This document shows, piece by piece, positions 1 through 9,434 of a stretch of 64,000 nt of DNA. The position numbers and the translations under genes are program-made. Source of the DNA: Patescibacteria group bacterium (GTDB lineage: Bacteria > Patescibacteriota > Patescibacteriia > Patescibacteriales > UBA12465); the NCBI GenBank assembly GCA_041658665.1, contig JBAZZR010000002.1:243437-307436 (forward strand), written 5' to 3'. Below the pieces are notes generated by a model. The model made no database searches. It saw only the letters and a list, made by a program, of their open reading frames with translations, and was not told where the DNA came from. Each line of letters starts with the position of its first letter. Position 1 is the stretch's first letter.

Positions 1-5
1 TAGAT

Positions 6-488
6 ATGTTTATTAATGGCAACCTCGCTATTATGTTCGGCTACTCATACAATTTACCGACCATTAAAGCGCGCGCGCCTAAATTAAATTTTTCAATAGC
101 AAAGTTACCGCAAATTGAAGGCAATCCTCCAACTAATATTAATTTCGCCAATTATTGGGTAGAAACCGTGGCTAAAAAAAGCCCTCATCAAAACGAGGCC
201 TGGGATTTTATCCAATTTATGACTAAACAAGAACAAGCTAAAAGCTACCTCCAGGTAACCAATTACCCTACGGCTTTAAGAGCGCTTATTACTTCAAATA
301 GTAATGACGAAACTAAAGTATTTACTGAGCAGGTTCTCACCGCTAAAAGTTGGTACCGAGGACGTAATGCTCAAGCGGCCGAAGAGGCTCTAAAAGAAAT
401 GATCGACACTATCGCTAAGAGTACGGCTGATCAAATTCAAAATATTATTAACATGACTGCAGCTAAAATTCAACAGACTATCGATTAA
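6..488 (+). CDS. ABC transporter extracellular solute-binding protein, C-terminal part (probably starts before the window)
   Basis: F..G..A.MFG, 'FSIAKLPQ', 'NYW...V.K.S....EAWDFI.FMT' resemble sugar-binding family 1 SBP C-termini. Confidence 0.7.
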   Translation: MFINGNLAIMFGYSYNLPTIKARAPKLNFSIAKLPQIEGNPPTNINFANYWVETVAKKSPHQNEAWDFIQFMTKQEQAKSYLQVTNYPTALRALITSNSNDETKVFTEQVLTAKSWYRGRNAQAAEEALKEMIDTIAKSTADQIQNIINMTAAKIQQTID

Positions 489-502
489 TCTCTTTAATAT
501 TT

Positions 503-919
503 ATGAACAAAAACTTACTAAAAATTACCAGCCGGCTACTAGGCCTAATATTCATTTTTAATATCTGCTTGATCTGGCCGGCCCAAGCGGCGACCGGAAC
601 CCCTGCTTCTATAATAGACCCCACGGCTTCGGCTTACCAATCAGGCAATTATCAACTTAATGATTTTACTCTTTTAGCGATCAGAATATCCCAAATGATT
701 TTAGGCATAGTTGGTTCTTTGGCTCTAGTGATGTTTGTTTACGGCGGTTTTATGTTTCTCATTTCTTCTGGCTCGTCAGAAAAAATAAAAACCGCTCAAA
801 ATATCCTAGTCGCAGCCGTCATCGGATTAATAATTGTTTTTGCTAGTTATTTAATTATCCAAACTGCCCTTAAGGCGATCGGGCTTTCCTGGGATGGTGG
901 TTTACTGAAAATTAAGTAA
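503..919 (+). CDS. VirB2/TrbC-like pilin (CPR T4SS_pilin type)
   Basis: Signal peptide ending AQA, then TM helix-'YGGFMFLISSGSSEKIKTAQNIL'-TM helix 'AVIGLIIVFASY'. Confidence 0.75.
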   Translation: MNKNLLKITSRLLGLIFIFNICLIWPAQAATGTPASIIDPTASAYQSGNYQLNDFTLLAIRISQMILGIVGSLALVMFVYGGFMFLISSGSSEKIKTAQNILVAAVIGLIIVFASYLIIQTALKAIGLSWDGGLLKIK

Positions 920-957
920 TCCCGAAATTATTCAACAAATAGTTAAATCCATAAAAA

Positions 958-1617
958 ATGCCAATTTTTATTCCTAAAAAACTGCCGCTCGAAGAGACTA
1001 TCGGCGAACAACTGAGGAGAGCCAGACAATATAAAAATTTAGGACTAGAAGAAATAGCCCAAAAACTAAATATCAGAAAAGAATATTTATCCGCCATGGA
1101 AGAAGAAAATTTTGATAAATTACCAAGCGGTTTATACGGACGAAAATTTTTAAAAAAATATATCAATTTTTTAAAAGTAGAGACGAAAGGAATAAATGAT
1201 CAACAAAAAACTGGTCACGCCCCCGCCAGCAACGACAATCCTTTTTCTCAAAAAATAGTCAAAAAAAATAGTTTTATAATATTTCCCCAAATAATTAAAA
1301 ATATCCTGATCGTCGGCGGCATCCTAATTTGTTTTTTATATCTCATATTTTATTTCCAAAAAATAGTCACGCCGCCAAAATTAATAATTTATCAACCGGA
1401 AAAAAATACTCTCACTAAAAATAAATCTATTTTAGTTAGCGGGCAAACCGAAGCGGAATCAGAAATAAAGATTAATAACCAAATTGTTTTAAGCGACCAA
1501 AATGGCTCTTTTTCTCAGACGGTTAATCTTAAAAAGGGGCTCAACACTATAATAATCAGCGCCCAAAAAAAATATAGCCAAGCCCAAATAATTACTAGAG
1601 AAATATTAGCTGAATAA
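958..1617 (+). CDS. RodZ-like HTH protein with one TM helix and a C-terminal Ig-like domain
   Basis: 'IGEQLRRAR...IRKEYLSAMEEENFDKLP...YGRKFLKKY' HTH_25 pattern; TM; 'G.F...V.L..G.N.I.I.A' Ig-like tail. Confidence 0.75.
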   Translation: MPIFIPKKLPLEETIGEQLRRARQYKNLGLEEIAQKLNIRKEYLSAMEEENFDKLPSGLYGRKFLKKYINFLKVETKGINDQQKTGHAPASNDNPFSQKIVKKNSFIIFPQIIKNILIVGGILICFLYLIFYFQKIVTPPKLIIYQPEKNTLTKNKSILVSGQTEAESEIKINNQIVLSDQNGSFSQTVNLKKGLNTIIISAQKKYSQAQIITREILAE

Positions 1618-1619
1618 AT

Positions 1620-2171
1620 ATGAATCGCATTAAAAGAACCGCCCTATTTGACATTGAAGCTATTTTGAGTAAAATAGGCGTAGAGGAGGGTCAAAAAGTT
1701 GCTGAGTTAGGCTGTGGAAATTTCGGCTTTTTCGTCTTTCCCTTAGCCCACCTAACCGGCCGCTACGGCAAGGTTTACGCTGTTGATATCTTAAAATCTA
1801 CGCTAGAAGAAATCGGCCGAGAGGCAAAAAAAGAGAACCTACCACAAATTACTCCGATTTGGAGCAATTTAGAAATATTTAAAGCCACTAAAATAGAAAC
1901 GAGTAGTTTAGATAGCGCTTTATTAGTCAATATTCTTCACCAATCAGACAAAAAAATAGAAATTCTTCGGGAAGCTATCCGCCTCTTAAAAAGAGGAGGG
2001 AAATTACTAATTATGGAATGGAAAAACAGTGACTTGCCTTTCGGCCCCAGTAAAGATAGACGCGTCAAACTTGAAGCACTAAAAACAGCCATTCCTAAAA
2101 TCGGCCTTAGCGTGCTAGAAGAATTCGAAGCCGGACCATACCATTACGGCTTAATCCTGATTAAGTTATAA
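1620..2171 (+). CDS. Class I SAM-dependent methyltransferase
   Basis: 'VAELGCG.G', 'VYAVDI', 'RLLKRGGKLLIMEW' motifs. Confidence 0.8.
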   Translation: MNRIKRTALFDIEAILSKIGVEEGQKVAELGCGNFGFFVFPLAHLTGRYGKVYAVDILKSTLEEIGREAKKENLPQITPIWSNLEIFKATKIETSSLDSALLVNILHQSDKKIEILREAIRLLKRGGKLLIMEWKNSDLPFGPSKDRRVKLEALKTAIPKIGLSVLEEFEAGPYHYGLILIKL

Positions 2172-2196
2172 TAAATAAATATTCAAAAGACACTAT

Positions 2197-2580
2197 ATGA
2201 AAATTTTTCTAACCTTAAACTATTGGTTTAATCTTCGTCCGGAACCGTTAACCCCTTTGGCCGAAAAAATCTTTGATTCCTCAATTATCGCTTTACTTCT
2301 AATAACCATAATTTTAGCCTTTACTAAACGACGCGGCGGATTATACCGGGGGACTTTAAATAGCTTTTATAATTTTAGCCTCACTAATACTCTTATCGGC
2401 TTATTCATCTTTTTTTCCAATTATGAGCTAATCCCCTTCTTCGCGGCTCGCTTCTGGTTCGCTATTTGGGCTCTTCTTATGTTAATTTGGTTAATCTTCA
2501 TCTTTAAAAAATTAAAAACCATCCCCCGAGCTAAACAACAAATAGAAAAAGAAAAAGAATTAAAAAAATACTTGCCTTAA
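2197..2580 (+). CDS. Hypothetical membrane protein (about 3 TM)
   Basis: Hydrophobic segments, basic C-terminus ending KYLP; in operon context. Confidence 0.6.
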   Translation: MKIFLTLNYWFNLRPEPLTPLAEKIFDSSIIALLLITIILAFTKRRGGLYRGTLNSFYNFSLTNTLIGLFIFFSNYELIPFFAARFWFAIWALLMLIWLIFIFKKLKTIPRAKQQIEKEKELKKYLP

Positions 2581-2615
2581 AAAAATTCTAGTCTAAAATT
2601 ACTCTTAACCAAACA

Positions 2616-2637
2616 AAGCCTCGTCCGGGGCTTTTTT
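2616..2637 (+). terminator. Intrinsic terminator-like hairpin
   Basis: AAAGCCTCG-tc-CGGGGCTTTTTT. Confidence 0.5.
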
Positions 2638-2643
2638 GTCTTT

Positions 2644-3003
2644 ATGAATAACAAAAAACAAATTGGTCAACAAGGAGAATTACTAGCAGAAAAATATTTA
2701 AAACAACAAGGATACGAAATTATTGCTAAAAATTATCGTCTCGGTCGTTTAGAATTAGATATCATCAGTAAATATAAAAATAACTTGATATTCGTAGAAG
2801 TCAAAACTCGACAAAAAACCAGCGCCAGCCGGTTTGATAATAATCTCGGTCATCAACAAATAAATAATCTAAAACGAGCTTTAACAACTTTTTGTTTGAC
2901 GAAACACTATAACTTAGAAACCGCTCGGCTAGATCTTATTGTAATTATGATTGATCAGCCGACCGGAGTTTACACGCTTAAGCATTATCCCGACATTTTC
3001 TAA
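2644..3003 (+). CDS. yraN: YraN (UPF0102) family PD-(D/E)XK-like protein
   Basis: 'G..GE..A..YL...GY.I...NYR...ELDII....IFVEVKTR'. Confidence 0.85.
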   Translation: MNNKKQIGQQGELLAEKYLKQQGYEIIAKNYRLGRLELDIISKYKNNLIFVEVKTRQKTSASRFDNNLGHQQINNLKRALTTFCLTKHYNLETARLDLIVIMIDQPTGVYTLKHYPDIF

Positions 3004-3733
3004 TTTTTTTAAGCCGCCGCCTAAAAGATAAGAGATTCTTTAAAAAAATTAGACTATCCCGAAACAATTTTACTTTACTCTGGCGGCGACCAAATCTATT
3101 TTCTTGCCAATTAACCGGGACTTCTTTAACCCGATAACCTAAAAATTGCGATAACACTACCAACTCGGTGTCAAAAAACCAATAATTATCTCGCAAAAAC
3201 GGCCGAATCTTCAAAAAAGTCTCCCGACGAATAGCTTTAAAACCGCATTGTAAATCAGTAATATCCTGATTAAGTATTATTCGCGATAAGAAGCTATAAG
3301 CCCGAGAAATTACTTCTCGGCCTAAAGATCTTTTAGTTTCTGCGCCTGACACAAAACGCGAACCGACTGCTAAATCTTGTTTATTCTTAATTAAAGGATC
3401 AACCAGACCAAAAATATTATCTAACGATACGGCTAAATCAGCGTCCATATAAACTAAAAGATCCGCCGGACTAGTCGACCAATATTGTTTTAACGCTCCC
3501 CCACGCCCCGGTTCTTTTATCTCCATAAAATCTAGCTCTTGTGGAAAACGTAACTTAAAATCGGTCAAAATTAATCGCGACGAATCCGTCGAGCCGTTAA
3601 GGACGCCAATTATTCGCCAAATAAAGGGAAAATTAGACTGGCGGCAATAAATCAATAATTTATCCAAACTATTTTTTAGAATAAGCTCCTCATTTTTTAT
3701 CGGCAAACAAAAATCAACTAACATATAACTCAA
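2978..3733 (-). CDS. GT2 polyprenyl-phosphate glycosyltransferase (DPM/DPG synthase-like)
   Basis: 'P.KNEE', 'YMDADL', 'GSRF', 'TDLQCGFKA', 'FDTEL', 'EVPVNW'. Confidence 0.85.
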   Translation of the reverse strand: MSYMLVDFCLPIKNEELILKNSLDKLLIYCRQSNFPFIWRIIGVLNGSTDSSRLILTDFKLRFPQELDFMEIKEPGRGGALKQYWSTSPADLLVYMDADLAVSLDNIFGLVDPLIKNKQDLAVGSRFVSGAETKRSLGREVISRAYSFLSRIILNQDITDLQCGFKAIRRETFLKIRPFLRDNYWFFDTELVVLSQFLGYRVKEVPVNWQENRFGRRQSKVKLFRDSLIFLKNLLSFRRRLKKIRKCRDNA

Positions 3734-3742
3734 GCTAATCTC

Positions 3743-5134
3743 TTATTTCTTAAATAAAACAACGGCGCCATAAAAACTGGCCACTGGCTGATAATTTTGT
3801 TTAATATAATTATCAACCACATTATCCTGATTATAATGATACTTCTCTACCCCCCGATAATACAAGACCGCACAGTCGGGGTCATTCTTTCTAATTTCTT
3901 GGCTCGTTTGCAAAAATTGTTCAGCGGTATGGTGGTTCGTAATCAGCCAATGGAAAGACGAAGCCGATAACTTTCTGGTCTCTAAATAAATAAAGGGCAA
4001 AAACGGGCCAGCATAAATAAAACGACTATGACAATTACTTTTAAGAAAAGTAATAAAATCATCGGGTTGCTGTTCGCGCGAATAAACTAATGGGGCAATA
4101 ATATTATAAAAGTTTATTAGTAAAACAAAAGCTACCATAGTCGTCGTGAAACTAACCAGTAAACCGAGTCGATTAAGCGGCCACCAACTCGCTTTTTGCC
4201 AGCCTTCTAAAAATAAAAAAGAGAAGATTATCAAAAAGGGAGCGATAATAAAAGATATATGGTAATAGTCCGGCAGAGAATAAGTAGTTAATAGAAGGCC
4301 AGCTTGAATATAAAATAAAAAATTTAACACTAAAATATTCCGGCGGCTAGTCCTCAGCCAGCTAAATATTAATATGCCAAGAAGCGTCAACCAAATTAAA
4401 TAATTATTGTCTAAAGTTTTAGTATATTGAAAAAAGGGAAATTCAATAAGATATTTAAACAATAAAACAGGTGACCATTTAAAGAATAAAAGACTGACCG
4501 GCCCTGCCGCTAGAGGTAAAAACCAAATTAATACCGTTTTTAGCGTTCGGTCCTTAAAATAAAAAAATAAAAGCCAAAAAAATAAAAAGAAAGTTAGTGC
4601 CAAGCCAATCGTTTGCAGAAAAATAATGGCTATTCCCGACAAAAGAGCACTTAACAATATCCGCCACCGACTAGCCACTAAAAACCCCTTAATAAATAAA
4701 TAAATGGCGCCGAAAACAAAAAGTAAAACATAATTATGAGAGGTCATTATCGGCCAATAAATAGTCGAACAAACAAATAGACCGGCCGCCAAATAAGCGG
4801 CTCGGTTACTAAGCATTTGCGCTAACTTAAAAACTAAAATAGTCGATAAAAATAAAGACAAGATAGAAATTATCAAAACCGTTATATAACTAACCCCCCA
4901 TAATTGCCAAATTATCCAAATCATATAAAAAGTTCCGGGAGCCGTGAAAGCAAAAAAATCTTGATAAATCTCTTGACCGTTGAATAAGCCCCAAGCGCCG
5001 CTCAAAAATAATCCATTATCAGAATCGAAACGATTAGAAAAAAAATGCAAAATAACTAATAATAACAAAATCAATGACCAAAAAATTAAAAAAAATACGC
5101 GTTTATTTTTTAACATAAATAGTACTAACGTCAT
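3743..5134 (-). CDS. Multi-TM GT-C-fold (ArnT/PMT-like) glycosyltransferase; start probably at 5116
   Basis: 'D.G....GAW....GQEIYQDFF....PG' first-loop motif, about 11-12 TM helices, soluble C-terminal domain. Confidence 0.65.
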   Translation of the reverse strand: MTLVLFMLKNKRVFFLIFWSLILLLLVILHFFSNRFDSDNGLFLSGAWGLFNGQEIYQDFFAFTAPGTFYMIWIIWQLWGVSYITVLIISILSLFLSTILVFKLAQMLSNRAAYLAAGLFVCSTIYWPIMTSHNYVLLFVFGAIYLFIKGFLVASRWRILLSALLSGIAIIFLQTIGLALTFFLFFWLLFFYFKDRTLKTVLIWFLPLAAGPVSLLFFKWSPVLLFKYLIEFPFFQYTKTLDNNYLIWLTLLGILIFSWLRTSRRNILVLNFLFYIQAGLLLTTYSLPDYYHISFIIAPFLIIFSFLFLEGWQKASWWPLNRLGLLVSFTTTMVAFVLLINFYNIIAPLVYSREQQPDDFITFLKSNCHSRFIYAGPFLPFIYLETRKLSASSFHWLITNHHTAEQFLQTSQEIRKNDPDCAVLYYRGVEKYHYNQDNVVDNYIKQNYQPVASFYGAVVLFKK

Positions 5135-6692
5135 CTTTAAATAGGGTTGACCAATCAGGGGACGACTCTAAATATTCCCTTAAATAATTACGGCTACGCA
5201 AGTCTTCTTCTTTAATCCCAAAAATTATTTTTTCCCAATTCTCGGCCTTGATCTCCTTATCTTTAGTGGGGATTAAAACTAAAGCGATCTGATAATTTTT
5301 TAGCTTAGCTCTGATATCAATCTCTTGCCTAAAAAAATCTAAATACTCTTCTAAATAGGTCTGCCCTGCTAACTCTACTTGGGGTAAACGGCCGTCAATA
5401 AATAATGAGCGGCGGGAGTCAACCCAAATAAAATAGCCCCCCCAAGCATAACTATTAAATAGCCGCTGCGAATAATAATCAGGCCGCGCCTGTAAAAACT
5501 TAACGGCCGAACAAGGATAATCGTTACAAAAAGATAAAAAAGGATCATTAGTAATTTTTGTTTGGAGCAACTGAGTCGTGGCCGCTAACAATAAGCAAGC
5601 GAACAGAAATAATTTTAACCAATAATTTAAGCGGGTTCTGACAAACGAACCCAATAAAACCCCATATACCTCCACCACGAAAGGAAAACTAGCGATAAAC
5701 ATTAAGGGAAAATGACGACGAGATTTAAAGCTTAAGACAATAAACAAAATAACTACAAATAAATTCCATAAATTAATTTTAAAATATTTCCGGCGCGCTA
5801 AGGCATAATATAAATATAACAACAAGGCTAAGGCGACTAAAGCTAAATAAAAGAGCTGACCGTAATAAAAAGGGAAGAAAAATTGAGAAAGCCATTCTTG
5901 AATATAGGACTGATAAGCGGTATTCCCATAACCCTTTAAAAAAGAATAAAGACCTAATTTATACGGAGTAAACCAAGTAACGACAAACGATAAAAAAAAT
6001 ATTCCTGTCGCGCTTAATAATTCTTTAGCTGATAAAACGCCGGCGGAATCCAGCCAGACTTTCGGCCAATATCGCCAAATTAGCGCCTCGATATTCTTAA
6101 TGAATAACCAAGCACCTAATAAAAATAACGCAATTAAAAAACTAGCATGTAAGCAAGCCCAAAGATAAATAAACCAGGGTAAAAATAATAAGATATATAA
6201 ACGCCTCTTTTGAGTATAACTCTGCAAAATAATAAGCAATAATAATAAAAATAACAAAGCTATTTCTTGTATCCTAACGCCTAAATGCGGTAAAGAAGCA
6301 ACGATGCCAAAAGTTTGAAAAACACTAATTAAAAAAAAGGTATTAGGAGCCCGTAACGAACCTACGAAAAAATTTAATATTATTAAAGTAAAAATTACTA
6401 ATAAGGCGAAAGCTATTGATAAAACAATATATCCGCTTTTTTCGTAAACTAAAAAAGTTAGAAAATTACTTAGCCATTCATGGTCGACCCAATCCCCAGT
6501 AAAACTATAATTAAAATTATTGTTCTGAGGTACGAGAGCGGTGCGAGCAATATCTTGACCGACTTTTAAGTGCCAGCCAAAATCTGGGTCTAAATAACCA
6601 AAAGAATTTCTTAGTAAAAGACAAAAAATAAAAAAATACAAGAAAAACCAAAAAATATAACGAAAATTGACAATCTTTAAAAATTTACCCAT
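5103..6692 (-). CDS. Multi-TM GT-C-like membrane glycosyltransferase
   Basis: 'DPDFGWHLKVG', 'WVDHEWL', 'WACLHASF', 'I.EW', 'FN.Y.WGGY', 'FIDGR' motifs. Confidence 0.65.
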   Translation of the reverse strand: MGKFLKIVNFRYIFWFFLYFFIFCLLLRNSFGYLDPDFGWHLKVGQDIARTALVPQNNNFNYSFTGDWVDHEWLSNFLTFLVYEKSGYIVLSIAFALLVIFTLIILNFFVGSLRAPNTFFLISVFQTFGIVASLPHLGVRIQEIALLFLLLLLIILQSYTQKRRLYILLFLPWFIYLWACLHASFLIALFLLGAWLFIKNIEALIWRYWPKVWLDSAGVLSAKELLSATGIFFLSFVVTWFTPYKLGLYSFLKGYGNTAYQSYIQEWLSQFFFPFYYGQLFYLALVALALLLYLYYALARRKYFKINLWNLFVVILFIVLSFKSRRHFPLMFIASFPFVVEVYGVLLGSFVRTRLNYWLKLFLFACLLLAATTQLLQTKITNDPFLSFCNDYPCSAVKFLQARPDYYSQRLFNSYAWGGYFIWVDSRRSLFIDGRLPQVELAGQTYLEEYLDFFRQEIDIRAKLKNYQIALVLIPTKDKEIKAENWEKIIFGIKEEDLRSRNYLREYLESSPDWSTLFKDDVSTIYVKK

Positions 6693-6745
6693 AAAAATTA
6701 GCTAATAACAGCCAGATATAGATATTTTAGCATAGCTAAATATAT

Positions 6746-6774
6746 TTGTCTTGTTTAAATTAATATGCTAAAAT
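6746..6774 (+). promoter_or_regulatory. Sigma70-like promoter of the pilin array
   Basis: TTGTCT-17 bp-TAAAAT with TGn extension; SD-like AAAGGTGGTG just before the ATG at 6815. Confidence 0.5.
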
Positions 6775-6814
6775 TAAACTATAAAATTTTTTAAAACTAG
6801 AAAGGTGGTGAAAT

Positions 6815-7201
6815 ATGAAAAAAATCTCTAAGCATCTTATATCTTTAGCAATTATTTCTTTGCTCGCTCTTCCTTTATTAGTAGTGCCGGCTCACGCTGT
6901 AGAATTTGACCCAGGTTTAAACCAGGTCAGTAACGGCCTAGGCGGCTCTTTAACTAATAGTGATCCTCGAACAATTATCGGTAGAGTGATTAATGTCGCT
7001 CTTGGATTCTTGGGCGTGATTGCTGTTTGCATCATCTTATTAGGCGGTTTCAAATGGATGACAGCCGGAGGCAATGAAGAAAAGACTGGTGAAGCTAGAC
7101 AACTTTTAGGCGCTGGCGTTATCGGATTAGTTATTATAATGGCTTCTTGGGGCATCGCCAATTTTGTTATCAACTCTCTTAATTCAGCCGTAGCTAATTA
7201 A
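6815..7201 (+). CDS. VirB2/TrbC-like pilin 1 (probable major subunit)
   Basis: Signal peptide ending AHA; 'LGFLGVIAV.IILLGGFKWMTAGGNEEK...A...L..GVIGLVIIMASW'. Confidence 0.8.
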   Translation: MKKISKHLISLAIISLLALPLLVVPAHAVEFDPGLNQVSNGLGGSLTNSDPRTIIGRVINVALGFLGVIAVCIILLGGFKWMTAGGNEEKTGEARQLLGAGVIGLVIIMASWGIANFVINSLNSAVAN

Positions 7202-7284
7202 GAATATAAAAAGTGATTCTCATTAAACAATGGGGATCACTGTCCTGAATGCAAATTATTGTTTCCAGGACAGTGAATAACACT

Positions 7285-7671
7285 ATGAAAAAACCAATTT
7301 TTTTGCTATTGCTATTTATTTGGAGCGCGTTAATTTTTGGGACAATAACAGTGAGCGCCCAAACCGATCCTAGTTACGGTCTTAATGACACGGCCGGCAA
7401 AGTCGGCGCCTTTCAGGGTAGTTTAGGAAAAGACTATACTAATTTTTTAAGTACAAAAACCGGACAAATTATCGGAGTTATCTTATCTTTCGTCGGTGTC
7501 TTATTTTTAGGGTTAATGATTTATGCCGGTCTAATGTGGATGACTTCTAACGGCAATGAACAACTGGTTACTAAAGCGAAGGATCTCATAATTAACTCTG
7601 TTATCGGCATTATTATAGTCTTTGCGGCTTATGCCCTCACTTCATTCTTAGGACAAGAAGTTATTAAATAA
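7285..7671 (+). CDS. VirB2/TrbC-like pilin 2 (track start 7249; 7285 more likely)
   Basis: 'MIYAGLMWMTSNGNEQLVTKAKDLIINSVIGIIIVFAAY'. Confidence 0.8.
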   Translation: MKKPIFLLLLFIWSALIFGTITVSAQTDPSYGLNDTAGKVGAFQGSLGKDYTNFLSTKTGQIIGVILSFVGVLFLGLMIYAGLMWMTSNGNEQLVTKAKDLIINSVIGIIIVFAAYALTSFLGQEVIK

Positions 7672-7674
7672 CCG

Positions 7675-8058
7675 ATGTTCAAACTAAAAAATAAAAATTA
7701 TATTATAGTTGGCGCGCTGCTTTTTATCTTAAGTAGTGCTAGCGTCTATGCGGCCGGATCTTATGATTTTATAGAAAAAAGCGGCTTAAAAAATACGGCC
7801 GATAACGCCGGATATGAAACCGCCGCCGCCACCACCATAAACGGAATAATGAGCCAGGTAATTTATGTTTTTTTAGGTTTAATAGCAATCGCCTTCTTCG
7901 GCCTACTCCTCTATGGCGGCTTGATGTGGATGACGGCTCGTGATAACGCAGAAAAGGTAAAAAAGGCTAATGGTATTATTATGAATGCCTTAATCGGATT
8001 TATTGTTACTCTATCAGCTTATGTAATCAGCTACTTTATTATTAAATATTTTAATTAA
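7675..8058 (+). CDS. VirB2/TrbC-like pilin 3
   Basis: 'YGGLMWMTARDNAEKVKKA..IIMNALIG'. Confidence 0.8.
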   Translation: MFKLKNKNYIIVGALLFILSSASVYAAGSYDFIEKSGLKNTADNAGYETAAATTINGIMSQVIYVFLGLIAIAFFGLLLYGGLMWMTARDNAEKVKKANGIIMNALIGFIVTLSAYVISYFIIKYFN

Positions 8059-8118
8059 AAATAGGATCTTTTATCGCCAGTGGCCTAATATTTAAACCAA
8101 CTACCCATTAATATCGCT

Positions 8119-8511
8119 ATGAAAAAGACACTGCTCTCACTAATTATAATAACGTTCATATTTATATTATATCCCGCCTATTCTAGTAGAGCTAACCTAA
8201 TTACTCCTGACAAAAAACAAGATTTTACTAGCAATATCACTAATGCGGCTACCTCAAGTTATGATACTAACCGCGACTTAAACTCTACTTTAGCTAAAGT
8301 AATCCAATTAGTCCTGTCTGTTTTAGGCATGATATTCCTAGTTTTAATGTTCTTAGCCGGTAATGATTGGATGCAAGCGGCCGGCAATGAAGAAAAGGTA
8401 AAAAAATCTCAAGAAGTAATTCGTAATCTGCTAATCGGCCTAGTCATAGTCCTTGTGGCTTACGCTATGAGTTCCGGATTTAGCACAGTATTAAAAACTT
8501 TGGTAAAATAG
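8119..8511 (+). CDS. VirB2/TrbC-like pilin 4
   Basis: 'AGNDWMQAAGNEEKVKKSQEVIRNLLIG'. Confidence 0.78.
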   Translation: MKKTLLSLIIITFIFILYPAYSSRANLITPDKKQDFTSNITNAATSSYDTNRDLNSTLAKVIQLVLSVLGMIFLVLMFLAGNDWMQAAGNEEKVKKSQEVIRNLLIGLVIVLVAYAMSSGFSTVLKTLVK

Positions 8512-8518
8512 ACTATTT

Positions 8519-8914
8519 ATGAGAAAAAAAATCTTATCTCTATCATCTATCGCCGTCACTATAGGAAGCTTCTTGTTAACTTGGTCGGCTAAAGCAGCTG
8601 ATCCAAAATCCGATACTCTTTTAAACAGGCTTACTAACGTCGCTGGCCAGGGCGGTTACGAAACTAACCCCGCTATAGCTTCGACGCCAATAATCATTGG
8701 GACAGTAGTAGGCGCTTTTATAAACTTTTTAGGTATAACTTTTATTATCTTAATAATTATCGCCGGCTACCACTGGATGACAGCTAACGGCAGCGAAGAA
8801 AAAGTCGAAAAAGCTAAAGAGACTATTAAACAAGCCCTAATCGGCTTAGCCGTAGCCATTGCCGCCTGGGCGATGTGGCGGTTTATATTCGAAGCCTTAA
8901 TTTTGAAAAAATAA
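8519..8914 (+). CDS. VirB2/TrbC-like pilin 5
   Basis: 'AGYHWMTANGSEEKVEKAKETIKQALIG'. Confidence 0.8.
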   Translation: MRKKILSLSSIAVTIGSFLLTWSAKAADPKSDTLLNRLTNVAGQGGYETNPAIASTPIIIGTVVGAFINFLGITFIILIIIAGYHWMTANGSEEKVEKAKETIKQALIGLAVAIAAWAMWRFIFEALILKK

Positions 8915-8919
8915 TACAT

Positions 8920-9345
8920 ATGAAAAAGATAATCACAACTTGTTTATTCCTCTTTCTCTTCTTTTTCTCTGTTAATTTAGTCGAGGCCCAAACCAGCGGC
9001 GGAATATTAAATAATACTGCCCTTCTCGGCGGTCTAACCACCCAAACCGCTCATAGCGCCAATTTTGGTGATATGTCTTTAGGCGATGTACTCGCTCTAA
9101 TAATTCAAATCGTTTTAGGATTTTTAGGGACTGTCTTCATTATTTTAATGATTATCAGCGGTTTTCGTTTAATGACTGCTGGCGGTAACGAAGAACAAGT
9201 ACAAAAAGCTACCGAAACTATTAGAACAGCAATCATCGGACTAATCATTGTAATATCAGCTTATGCTATTACCTATTTCGTCATCTATTACCTACCATTT
9301 AGCAGTACCGGGGCGGAAAACATGGGGACTCTAGCCCCCGGTTAA
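8920..9345 (+). CDS. VirB2/TrbC-like pilin 6 (track start 8875; 8920 more likely)
   Basis: 'SGFRLMTAGGNEEQVQKATETIRTAIIGLIIVISAY'. Confidence 0.8.
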   Translation: MKKIITTCLFLFLFFFSVNLVEAQTSGGILNNTALLGGLTTQTAHSANFGDMSLGDVLALIIQIVLGFLGTVFIILMIISGFRLMTAGGNEEQVQKATETIRTAIIGLIIVISAYAITYFVIYYLPFSSTGAENMGTLAPG

Positions 9346-9372
9346 AAAACGACTTATTATATTCTAAATAAT

Positions 9373-9405
9373 AAAAAGGCTGTCGGATTAATGACAGCCT
9401 TTTTT
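9373..9405. terminator. Bidirectional intrinsic terminator
   Basis: AAAAAGGCTGTC-ggattaat-GACAGCCTTTTTT between convergent genes. Confidence 0.8.
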
Positions 9406-9434
9406 AAAAGAACGAAATTTTTAGAGAGCCATTT

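Noticed and set aside
6815-9345. Type IV pilins, or a silent-cassette antigenic-variation locus
   Set aside because: No class III signal peptide; all copies are full-length with their own starts, share no long identical DNA stretches by eye, and no recombinase is nearby
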